A DNA stretch of 64,000 nucleotides from Nemertoderma westbladi (lineage: Eukaryota > Animalia > Xenacoelomorpha). The stretch lies in assembly GCA_032718475.1 (NCBI GenBank), contig JAUCBJ010002919.1:1-64000 (forward strand). Reading direction: 5' to 3'. Positions 10,779 through 22,099 of this stretch are shown here, piece after piece; within the stretch, counting starts at the first letter, position 1, and each line of letters opens with the position of its first letter. The position numbers and the translations under genes are program-made. A model generated the notes under the pieces. It saw nothing but the letters and a program-made list of their open reading frames with translations, made no database searches and was not told the DNA's origin.

Positions 10779-13700
10779 ATGGCTGACACAAGGCAAACTC
10801 TGTCAGATAGTCTCCTAGAAACAACAGCCTGTTTCTCAGATCAAAGTGTAGAGAATCCCAGACCGAGGTCTGAAACCCCTCATACTGTAAGAAGGGCAAC
10901 CCCTGCAGTGGTTGTGTCAGAACCTAGGTTGGTAGGAGCGATTTCACAATTTGCGAAGTTAGTGAAGCGCCGTTGGTCTGCCATAGGCACTCGGGCCCAA
11001 GTCAAGCGGGATCAAGAAGCAGCTATAAAACAGCAGCAACCTCCTAGCCAAGAACCTAGTTCTCAGCGGCCCGATAGCTCCAGTAGTTCGGATACTGTTG
11101 AGCGGACGCCCGAACGCAGAGCGAAGATGGCGGATACGGTTTATGATGAGCGGCCAACCTATGAAGAATCAACCGACTCCACTTCTTCTCAAGAGGAAAG
11201 CGAAGTGGAAAGCGAAGTGGAAGGCGAATTAACAGCAGAGAAGCCGCGAACTAGAGACGCCATTGACATCTATCTGTCAGACTATCAGCGATACCTAGGA
11301 GACGAAGAGTTGAGGAGACGACTGTCTGGACTTCGCCCTAATAGTGAAGGAACCAAGCTTGTGTTGGACGCAATCGATGCGGAAATGTTAGCTGCAAACC
11401 AAGCTAAATTTGATGAAAAACTCCGCCTCGCTAGAGTCCAAGAAGAAAGGACAGAAAGAAAGACAGAAAGGAAGGAAGGACAGAAAGGCAGTAGCAGCGG
11501 CAAAAGCGGCAGCGGCAAAAGCGGCAGCGGCAGTGGAAGAGGCAAAAGCGGCAGCGGCAGTGGAAGCGGCAAAAGCGGCAGTGGAAGCAGCAAAAGCAGC
11601 AGCAGCAATGGCATTGGCAGAAGCAGAACAGAGAGCGTCTGAAGAGACCACCCAACTGGAGTTGGAAAATCTTCAAGAGACGCAAGACTGCATAAATAAA
11701 CAGTTAACTGCTAGTCAAATGCAGATGATGAGTCGATCTACTCCCAAGCACCAAGAATACACATCATCGGAGGAAGGCGAGACCACCGATACTGAAGGCG
11801 GAGGAAATAGATCTCGTCTAAGCAGGCGTAGAAAAACATCTCACCGTCACAAATTGCCTGATTTGCCCCCAGCTGTTAGAAGACAACTAGCTAGCACAGA
11901 CTTAGGTAGTACAGAACCCACAGACCAAATTATTAAGATCAAAAGACTCCCTACGATAGTAGATGAGCCTGAAATAATTAGGCCTGTCGTTCCCAAAGCC
12001 ACTCCTGTGCTAGAGACCCCTGTACTTCCAGAGCTTAACTCTAAATTCCCTTTACACAGTACTACACTGCCTGTACCCGGTAGAACAGTCCATGAGAATA
12101 TCCCTGTCCTGGACGCTGAGAGAGAAATCAAAGATTTGTCTCCCGTCGTCCCGCGTCTGCCCGCTACAATGTTGGCGACTCCTCCCGCTTCGGCGGTCGA
12201 GTGGGTAGAGGAGGGACGGCGGGGGATGAATCTCCTGCTCGGACAGATGCAGGAGACTGTCCACCAACTCAAGGGAACATTAAGGGAAAGTATGTTAGAA
12301 TTGCAAGAAGTGCAGCAAAGTATCGCGCTAGAACGCGACAAATTAGTCAATATACAAAAGGGTATACCAATACCCCCTGTAACATTGTGTCAACCTGTTA
12401 GGTCTGAAGTATTACATGCGCAAGGTGTGGAGCCTACACGCATCTATACTGCTAGTGAAGTAGAAACTCATATAGCAAACCCTATTAAGGGTGATTATAA
12501 ACCTGTTGTTAATGATATTCCCTATAGACCTGATAATAATCCGAGAAATTCATATACCGATAATTCGATATTAAATAACACGATGGCCCAAGAAAGCTTT
12601 ACGCGTCAGATGGCTAGAACAGAAGCCCGCCAAGCGGTCAAAGTGGGAGAGATCGTTAAATTCAATGGAGATGAGATGAAATGGTTACCTTTCAATGAAT
12701 ATTACAAAGATAGCATACAGAACTCTGTACTATCTAACGGAGAGAAACTTAGATTCCTCATCAAGTGCTTGGAAGGACCTCCCAAGTTAATGGCGTTAAA
12801 GTTTATTGGACATCCAGATGGATTAAGACAAGTTTGGGATACATTAAACATCAGGTATGGTAACAAGGATAACATAGCTAAGTATTTGTATGCAAAATTA
12901 GTAGCCCCCAGAAACTTCCTTAGTAGCGGGATTATAGAGTTTTCCGATGAGATTCAGGAGATCTGTAGACAATTGGACTGGTTAGGTAAGTCTCATGAAT
13001 ATCAGAGTTCCATGGTTATTGGAGCAGTAGTCTCTACTTTACCAAAGGGTGGAGTATGTACACGTTGGGACAAGAAAGTGTTGTATATGAATGAGCAGCA
13101 ACGACGAGGCCCTACCATGGCTGATCTCATGTCCTTCTTAGATAGTGAAGTAAAATTACAACTCATAAAGCAGTCCAGAGAGAAAACATCGGAAAATAAG
13201 GTAAGTGAGAAACCCGTTTCTAGGAGAAGGGTAACACCAGTGTGTTATACTGACGACGGCGAAAGCCAAGCTTCTCAAGAAGAGGACAGCGGGAAAGACA
13301 CAGCAAAATCTTACTATGACAACAAGACCTATAAAGACGTAAGTAAATATAAGTCTCGAACCAGTGACAGGAGAGAACAGGTAACAGCAACTCCTTCTAC
13401 GTCTCCTAAGAGAATTCACGGAAGAAAGCCCGAAGAAAGAACGAGAGTGCATAACGTTACCCAAGGTAAAGTGAGTAAAATCAAACCAAAATGTGCGCTG
13501 TGCGACGGGCCCCACCGTTTGAGTGTGTGTGCTGAATTCCTAAAGAAATCCCTGGTAGACAGACGTGAAGTCATGTGGGATAAGCGGTTATGCTATAATT
13601 GCCTCAGACAAGGACACCAACGGCGAACCTGTTACTCTGACGTAAAGTGTGCAAAGTGCGGTGCGAAACATCACATCTTGTTACACAGTGAATTCGAACG

Positions 13701-14925
13701 AAACAACCCGAGTCAGGTAAGTGAGCCCGAACTACATGTCCAATTCAGTGATGTAAATGACACTGATCAAGAATCTGAGATGGAAGGATTCTATACGGAC
13801 GAATTCTCCGACGCCAACGAATCCTGTTACCTAATAAATACCGCAGTGTATCGAGCACTTATGTATGAAAAGGACACCGACAATGAGTTCCCCCCAACTA
13901 CCTTTGACAGACAACCATCTTGGAAACCTCCAACTTCCAACGTAGGAATCAGATAATTTCCTGTAGTGCAGGTAAGAGTTCACGGTCCTAACAAAAGTTA
14001 CATAGTGAACGCCCTCCTTGACTCTGGCAGCACAGGAACATTCATCGATCAAGAACTAGCCGAAGACATCTTTGCTGGACAACCCAAATTCCGAACTAAG
14101 TTGAATATGTCAGGAATTATGTAGGTTTGGAAATCTACCATAACGGCAGATTACTATGTAGGTGCGTTGTCCACCCCCCAGGATAAATTAGGAGCACAAA
14201 GTATAAGGTCAGTAAAAATGGTGGCTATAAAGAACTTCGCTACTACCGAAGTAGAACCTTATAACTGGGACGAGGACGAGAGCATCCAACAGCTTAAGAT
14301 ACCTCGATTCCAGACAGATTATCCTGGAGTGCAAATACTCATCGGCCAAAACGCGCATGAGGCACTCGAGACATTGGAGAAACGGCCTGCTCAACCGCAG
14401 CCACTACAAACCTATGCGGTAAGAACTAGAGTAGGTTGGTACTTCACTGGCCCTTCCCGTAGAACTCTCAAAGAGAGATTACCTCAACAACAGGTATACC
14501 AAGTAAAGGAATGGGAAGTGGAGAGCAGTGATGTGGACGATCCAACTGAGGGAACACCACACTCCTCAGATAATGACGATATTAACTCCAAAGTAGATCA
14601 ATGGAGACATTGCCTTGGGACGATTAATCCAGCCGACATCGCTTCCAGAGGAGCAACTCCTCAAGAACTGATAGATACTCCAGGCTGGTTAGGTGGATCC
14701 GACTTCTTAAGTAAAGAAGAAGAAGAATGGCCTCCTCATCTTACCACGGCGGAGATTAGACAGGCCAAGGGAGCGGATAAAGTAACACAACAACTCAATC
14801 GCCCAGCTGGTCGTTTATGTTTACTGGAAAGAGACCGAAAACTGTCCGGAAACTATGGAAGGCAAGATACTCTTCCTACGACCACTTCCTTAATCCGACA
14901 AATATCTAGGGACTCCATAACGTAA
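10779..14925 (+). pseudogene. gag-pol: Disrupted gag-protease-(deleted pol) reading frame of copy B
   Basis: Frameshift near 11470 (copy A is in frame there). Capsid motif KFNGDEMKWLPF...LSNGEKLRFL. Knuckles CALCDGPH..C, CYNCLRQGH..C and CAKCGAKHH.LLH. In-frame TAA at 13954, then protease ALLDSGSTGTFI, TAG at ~14121, RTRVGWYFTGP, RNase H tail QWRHCLGTINPADIASRG...W..G..FL...EWP and integrase C-tail RPAGRLCLLE. No RT YxDD motif and no integrase core. Confidence 0.9.
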
Positions 14926-16559
14926 TAAAATATGGAGTGGGCGTGTGACTATATCATTTTATATTTGTTTTTATTTTATATTTATGTATGTATTATTATG
15001 TAATTTTATTATAATCGTTTTCTTTAATTTTATTTAGTAGAATGTTATTTTAGTGATTATTTAGTAGATTAGTGCAATATATTAGTGTTTATTACGTACG
15101 TAATTACTTATAATATATATTTAGTGCGCTGGCGAGAAATAATTATTTTTCTCTTTCCTTACTGTCCGTATCATATTATAAATACGTGACTACAGTAAGA
15201 TGAAATGTCCGTACTTATTAAAGTACAATAAAGCCACTACTATATTCAAGTATTATTGGTAGGCAGAGTATTAGGAATGCAAAGTTCAGATCCTCGTGTC
15301 TCGGCTAAACCAAGCTCTGGGTAGACCTTGGAAACGACTTGCCTCTTCACACTGACATTGCTTCGTGCGATATTGCTCTCATACCATATATAATAATACA
15401 TATAGTAGCGTGATGTCCCTCTAACAGTAGCGTGAAACGCAAATAAATCTGTTAAACCTTTTGACCATCTGTAATTCTAGTCGATTAAGATATCGCGGCA
15501 CCCACCGATATACTTGAAAGACAAATTCTAGAATCAGTGGTTAACGTCCCCAGACAAGTTCTGGAATAAATTGGTGCCCATCTCAAATATTAATTATTTA
15601 ATATTTACAAATCTATAAATCAAAATCTGTAAAATTCAGATCCTTTAACAATTCTAGTCGATTAAGATATCGTAGCACTTACCGATACTCTTAAAAGACA
15701 ATTTTCATAGAATTAAGGATCCTATGTCCCCAGACCTGCTCTGGAATCAAATTGTGTCAATTGTACTATCAAATAATAAAATTTCAGGGAATAAATTTAA
15801 ATTCATATTTTAATGAATTTAATAAATTGTCATTCTGTGCAATTTATAACATTCCCAAAATCTATTAATTAATAGATCACGGGAGCGGAGATTCATCCTA
15901 TTAAGTGTGTTAGAGTGTGAGAATCTGCCATGTATGAGTCAATAGCCGATAAAATTTATAAAATCATATATAAACGAGATATTGGACCATTAAAGAATTA
16001 CTATTAAATAGCATCCCAGATCTGTATGCATTGGAATTACCCTAATTCTACCGCTAGCTTTCCATAATGTCACCATAGTAACACCTACGCTAGAATTAGA
16101 AACAAGTTAAAAAGAACAATAGAAAGCTTGCCCCATTGCATAGTAAGAAATAAATAGCGCACTGCTAGTATCCAAGGATACATAATAATAACGTGGCATT
16201 CTGGAAGGCACTGACTAATGGACAAATGGCCCGAGTGTGTGTAATTTGTGACAGTTGTGTGTATGGAATTTGTGAGTTTATAGGCGAATGTTACTACTAA
16301 GGTGTGTTTACAGTAGCGAGTCGCAATTGTGAAAGTAACCCTAACTCTCCAGTAAGAACCTGAAGTGTATCTAAGCCTTTGGGACGGACAGTGGAGTGAC
16401 TCGTGCTAGTGTCGTTGTCGTTGTGTAGCTACACGTTGGCGGAAAACACAGCGGCGACGATACATTTGCGCTGAGGCTCTTACACTGTCCGGGGGCTGAT
16501 TGGGGTAGGCAGCGACGCTCGCTAGCCTAATTATAAGCTCATTATAATATTAATAAACT

Positions 16560-17859
16560 CATATATAGCAGATATAACGGAGTTGATAGAAGATGGTCTT
16601 GGTATTGGGGAGCGATATACTCTACCTTTACAAGTGTTTGTTGATAGCTTGATACGCAGCGACGCTAGTCCAACTACTACGAAGGACGATGGTCGTTATA
16701 TCGAACCGACGATTTCCTAGAAGCAACTTACGCGTGAATTGGACTATGGAAAATTCACCGCTCGCTACACGCATCGTAATAGTACGTATATGGACTTCTT
16801 AACCATTGGCCATTCTATCGATTCACACGATACGGACTATGTCGAACATATATCCTACCCAGCGGAGTCGGAACGATAAACTGAAATTCGAATGCGAAAA
16901 TTCTATTCGAAATGGACTCGAAAGAAAAGACATTAGAGAGACAAATGGACGCGGTAACTCTAACGTATATTTGGAATTCTTGATAGAAGCATTGTAACAA
17001 CAAATAAATATCATCTGCGTTTCCCCTACCAGACGTGCGTCTTTGGTATTATTACGATAAATGCCCTAGACCCAACTAATAAACGGAAAGACATAAACAT
17101 CCACGGAAACCGAAACTTGTTCGACATATCACCTACGCTCGCTCGACTCAGACGATCCTTGAGTAAACCTACGATCATAGTTCCGGAATACTCGGTCAGA
17201 CCACCTCGTTCCTTGATTAGACCTCAGACTTTTGAGTCTGATGGTATCCCGGATCCTCACGAGCTGTATTCACTGTTCAAAGATCTAGTGCTACCCTAAC
17301 AATTAATCGGTAACACTCCGGCAGCGAGCTCTAGCTAGCCGCCCATCTTACCTAGCCGTATTGGGACGCGGACACCTAATATCACCATTCAACCGTATGG
17401 TCGTCCCAGTTTAACGCGATACAACCCTTCATCAAGGTGAAGGAGAGCGTTGTACGAAACGAGTTAAACGCTATTCTACAAAGATCAGAAAGGAAACCTG
17501 CGTTTGTTCAGATAAACGTAAGTTATAACAGCAAGTCCAAGCGGTAAATGAATTGGCTTTATCTCAGTTCGATTGGGAAATCTTGAATCTCTAAGAAGAT
17601 ATCGAGCTTAGACAACCCTATTCTCTGCGAGAGTTTTGGACGAGCGTGTCCAACGACAAGCGGAGGAAAATCAGCTCGAGGAGAAGTAGATCGAAATGGA
17701 CGAGACACTGACCGTAACCCTAAACCTTCTGATGCAATGGTATTGCACCCTTCACCCAGGAGTTACAGCCCTCCTAGTAAAGTGGCTCGCCCCAAAGAGA
17801 AAAGGACTCTTGCCAGCCTCAAAAAGCTGCGTAAACGCCGTCCGCGTAAGAAAGACTAA
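16560..17859 (+). pseudogene. Decayed accessory ORF between the pol remnant and the 3' LTR
   Basis: Coding-like composition; pieces in different frames read KL*QQVQAVNELALSQFDWEILNL*EDIELRQ, ARVLDERVQRQAEENQLEEK*IEMDE and a basic end LKKLRKRRPRKKD*. Several stops and frameshifts; no family recognised. Confidence 0.4.
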
Positions 17860-17929
17860 CTGTTTAGAGTATTTTTATATTTTAGAAACTGTGATTTGTT
17901 ATATTTTATAGACTTAAATCCCATTTTCT

Positions 17930-17937
17930 GGGAGCGG
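17930..17937 (+). other. Polypurine tract (plus-strand primer) of copy B
   Basis: GGGAGCGG immediately before the TGT of the 3' LTR. Confidence 0.7.
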
Positions 17938-19134
17938 TGTAAAGGCTTTTGCGTAATTAGCCGGTTATTTTCCCCGTGAAGTACTCTGTAGTTGGTTTAC
18001 CAGGCATAAAAGGGCCGTGTCCTTACTGTACTGGTGTTTTAGAGGACATAAAAGTAATTTCTTCTGTATGTGTACTTTAGCGGACATAATCCGCAATTCC
18101 ATGACGCAAAAGCCGAAATACTCTTGGAACAGTGTAGTTACTAAGACGAAAGCTAATAGCTGAGCTGTACACGTGGAGCCTCTGCACGGAGACTTGGTTC
18201 TTTGTTCTGCTCAGCTCAAATGACGACATCTATCAGCTGTGTCCACGTCAGGTCGACCAATCAGAGATTTTCCCTTTGTGTAAAAGCTGTACAGCAGAAT
18301 CCCATGATTCAGTACTGACGTTTCCCCCACGCCTAAGAACACCGGCCGGGGAATGTTTTCTGACATTAGAGCGTCTTTAATTATAAGATCATCAAACTGT
18401 TATCTCGGTTTTGGTACAGCACCTTGGTCAACTTGGTTAAGTACACTTGCATTATTTACTGCTATTTACTGTGTTGTTAATTGTATCGTTCGTTTACATA
18501 TTATTATTGGGAAGAATATTGATAACGATCCGAAACCCCAATCTTCTTGATACACTAAGGTTAGAGAGACCGGTTACATATAACAATTTGCGACATACAT
18601 TATCGTGGTTTGTAGTGAGTTCAATGCTACTTAATAGGCCCTACAAATGTCGGTTGCTGTTCTCTTTATATATGATTAAAATCAGTGAATATCGGCAATT
18701 CATGTATGCAGTTGTGTGCAATAGTCTGTGTGTGCTTGACCGAGTAACAAAGCATTTCCTAAAGAATGCACTTTGGTGATCTATAAGACATACCGTTGTG
18801 TATAGTGTAAGTCATAGCTCTGTTTAAATAGATAGAGCGCCACGTCCTAAAGGAACTGCTAATATTTCCCGAAAGTGAATAATATTCGTCAGAGATTATA
18901 TATTAACGATCAATCGAATAGTACGGTAGGCCTGCACCGCAATCAAATTAAAGCATCCAAATCCAGTCTCCCGGGTATATCCAGCGGGTGAATGGTCGCG
19001 CACAGACTGGCTTTGGCTAATGTTAAAATTATTATAGGTGTTCAATACTTGTCATAGGCTGGAGTAGATTTATAACCTAGAAGACATATAGATTTGGCGG
19101 GTTAAACTGCCAAAGGTCTTCAAAAGCGCGAACA
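17938..19134 (+). repeat. 3' LTR of copy B (1197 bp)
   Basis: Direct repeat of 7340-8535, followed by TSD TCATG. Confidence 0.97.
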
Positions 19135-19499
19135 TCATGCGATTAAATTCAAAACTGTAAAAGCCTTAGGGTTTTAAGAGCAACCAAGTTTTTTTCATTG
19201 TTAACTAGTATTAACTAATATTAAAAATTCATACAACATCAAAATATATATTTTCATGTTTCTTCTATCAGAATCTATCAGATCTTAATTTGTAACGTGC
19301 CATAAATGGCATATACTACAAAATGTTTCCAATTGATTAAGCGCCCATTAAACCTATTTAGGCCTATACCATAATACAGTAATATCATAGAAAGCATCTT
19401 GGGAAAATTCTAAATTTTGCTATTTGGTCTAAATTTTCACATTTACCTACGTAACTTTTCATAAACATTGGCGTACTTTTGTTCACATACACATCACAT

Positions 19500-20480
19500 G
19501 GCGAGACGTCCAGCTGAGGCGGATGTTTCGCAGCGAGGACGTTGTGAACCGTTACACTGGCCGGCTGCCTGTCAGGCTCAGCCTCAGGACTCGGGGTCCA
19601 GTACTCCGCCGCTGTCCCGGTCCGTTACGAGGCGGACCGCAGACCGGTTCTGTCCGGCCAGGATCTTCCTATTGTAGGTCCTGGCCATGTTAGGTGGGGC
19701 CGAGCGAAGGGAGCGCGTGAATCTCGCACTACAGCGCTCTGCCTCAGCTATGAGCTGACGGAACTCCTCCCGTTCCCACATCCCGAGTAGGCGCAGGATG
19801 GTCCGTCGGATGTCCGCCCCCTTCACCAAGTCGGGGTCCTGCTGGAACGTGGTGGCGAGGAAACAGAGCGGTCTCTCCAAGGGGTAGATCCCCTCGGTCA
19901 ATTTCTCCACCTCGCTAGTGAGCACGTCCGCCACCTTGCGCCCAATGTTGCCGCCCGGCACAGTGTACTGACGGCAAACTACACGGGTGAGGCGGGCGTG
20001 ACGGGCCTCCCAGTCCGGATCTGCCGACGAACCGGGGGCATTAAGCCACGGCCCATCGAAGGCAGCCTCCAACTGGTTGTATGTCGATGGCCCCGATGGG
20101 AGAGGGGGGGAGGTGCTGCGGGATCCGGATCGTGAGTTAGCAAGGAAGAGTCCGATGTCATCGTTCCATTTCCAGTGCTGGTCTCGTTTGCGCGAAGAAC
20201 CGGGATCTGGGTAGCCACGCCACTCCTTGCGTAGGAGTCCACACTCACGAAGGAATCCGAGTCTGAATCTTCTCTGTCGGGAGACAGGCAGGAGCCAGAC
20301 AGGAGGGCTGTTGTGTCCTCAATGTTCGGGTCGACGTTCCTCGTAGTCGCGATGGACGCCGATGTGTTGTTGGGGTTCCCACACCGGCCGTCATCCCACG
20401 GTTTGCACCCGTTGCAAGGACGACCACCGCGGACGCACCCGCACTTAGTGGAGGGGCCGCACAATGCGACATAATCACAT
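19500..20480 (-). mobile_element. N-terminal fragment of a CRE-like non-LTR retrotransposon ORF, frameshifted
   Basis: Cys cluster CGPSTKCGCVRGGRPCNGCKP...GRCGN, then YTVPGGNIGRKVAD..L, LGMWEREEF..LIAEA and RSAVRLVTDRDSGGVL, which resemble the pre-RT region of metazoan CRE elements. No RT present. Confidence 0.6.
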
Positions 20481-20503
20481 TACAGCATTAGGCTAGGCCT
20501 ATA

Positions 20504-21052
20504 TACGGAAGCCCATAACGGCCATGTCGCGCGCAAACTTCCATGTCAAGCGCGCAAACTTTATGCCATTTCCGTGTAGAAACATTTGCGCGCGCGACAT
20601 GGAAGTTTGTGTCTCGACATGGAAGTTTGCACGCGCGACATGGAAGTTTGCGCGCGCGACATGGAAGTTTGCGCGCGCGACATGGAAGTTTGCGCGTGCG
20701 ACATGGAAGTTTGCGCGCGCAAACTTCCAGTCTGCGCGCGCAAACGTTCCATGTCGCGCGCGCAAACTTCCACAGTTCCATGTCGCGCGCGCAAACTTCC
20801 ATGTCGCGCGCGCAAACTTCCACAGTTCCATGTCGCGCGCGCAAACTTCCATGTCGTGCGAGCAAACTTCCATGTCGCGCGCGCAAACTTTCATGTCGCG
20901 CGCGCAAACTTCCATGTCGCGTGCGCAAACTTCCATGTCGCGCGCACAAACTTTCATGTCGCGCGCGCAAATGTTTCTACATGGAAATGGCATAAAGTTT
21001 GCGCGCTTGACATGGAAGTTTGGGCGCGACATGGCTGTTATGGGCTTCCGTA
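20504..21052. mobile_element. Fold-back MITE with internal 19-bp tandem repeats; IS3EU-like termini
   Basis: TIR TACGGAAGCCCATAAC...GTTATGGGCTTCCGTA with long inverted arms. 6-bp TSD CCTATA at 20498-20503 and 21053-21058. Internal unit GCGCGCGACATGGAAGTTT in both orientations. TAY..RTA ends with a 6-bp TSD fit IS3EU. Confidence 0.8.
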
Positions 21053-21062
21053 CCTATATAAC

Positions 21063-21880
21063 TAGGGCTCGATCGGAGTTCCGGCTCCGGCTCCGGCTCC
21101 GGCCGGAGTTTCTTACATCCGGCTCCGAACCAGAGCGAGTTAGAAAAATCACCGGAGCCGGAGTTTTTTTAATAATGTATGTTTTATATTAATGTACATA
21201 ATATATAGGCTAGTATAGGCATATGGCAGCAGTATATTCCAGTCTGCCAGTGTACGGTATTCCAATAGCCTACTCCAGCTGTCCAGCACCGGTAGTACTG
21301 CAGTCAGGCAGTACTGTCTGACTGTACTACTTTGATACTACTATTATTACAGTATTTCTATACTACAGTAGACTGGTAGAGCAGTGTAATACTAAATAAC
21401 TTAGATTTACTGGCAGGCTGGTACTTGTAGTACTACAGCAGAGCAGTACAGTAGTACCGGTACTACTTCCTGACTTCTGTACTCACTGACTTAATCTAAT
21501 TCCGGAACTGCTGTACTGCAGTACTGGTAGCGGTAGGCCTACCTGACAGCTTGAATACCGTACACAGTCTGACAATCCCGCACCTCAAGCTACTGTACTA
21601 CTATACAGCTATATGTACTATAATTCTGGAAGGGGAATGGACTGAGAATGATGCAAGGAGTTCTGTCCGCGACCAGGATATAAGTACCAACGACGGCGAC
21701 CCGGTGCCCGGATATGAGTACCGACGACGGCGACCCGGATATGAGTACTAACGACGGCGACCCGGCCCGGATATAGGGAAAATACACAGGGAAAGAAACT
21801 CCGGCTCCGGTCAAACTCCGGCAATTTATTTTCCACTCCGGCTCCGGCTCCGGCAAAATAAAAACTCCGATCGAGCCCTA
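21063..21880. mobile_element. hAT-type MITE
   Basis: TIR TAGGGCTCGATCGGAGTT...AACTCCGATCGAGCCCTA. 8-bp TSD TATATAAC at 21055-21062 and 21881-21888. Subterminal CCGGCT repeats. Confidence 0.9.
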
Positions 21881-22099
21881 TATATAACAATTAAACTGTC
21901 AGTTCTGCTATTTCAGTATATATGTATAAATACACAGTACTGCTCTAATCACTGCAGCACTGTGCACAATAATATAAATATTGGTGCACAAAATAATTTA
22001 AATATAATCTGAATACGACAAATAACAATTTATTAAATAATACCGACAGAATTAATCAAAATAATCTAAATAATAACGCAATAAATCAACAGGGCGAGG

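Larger units (their letters stand above)
7340..19134 (+). mobile_element. Complete but non-autonomous BEL/Pao-type LTR retrotransposon, copy B (11.8 kb)
   Basis: LTRs 7340-8535 and 17938-19134 (TGT...ACA). 5-bp TSD TCATG at 7335-7339 and 19135-19139. Purine tract GGGAGCGG before the 3' LTR. Gag has a BEL/Pao (DUF1759-like) capsid region and three Cys/His knuckles. Confidence 0.95.

Noticed and set aside
11410-11642. Programmed frameshift between ORF 10779-11642 and ORF 11410-13956
   Set aside because: Copy A is in frame across the same point; the shift in B falls in a GGAA repeat and is best explained by slippage or a sequencing error.
13954-17690. Alternative genetic code (TAA/TAG = Gln)
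   Set aside because: The GPI-type exon ends at TAG exactly after its hydrophobic tail, the PPP6R ORF also ends at TAG, and long ORFs use CAA/CAG with no internal TAR.
20488-21192. Several overlapping 84-222 aa repetitive ORFs, and a superficially CRISPR-like 19-bp repeat
   Set aside because: Products of the MITE's tandem repeats; there are no unique spacers or cas genes, and the context is eukaryotic.
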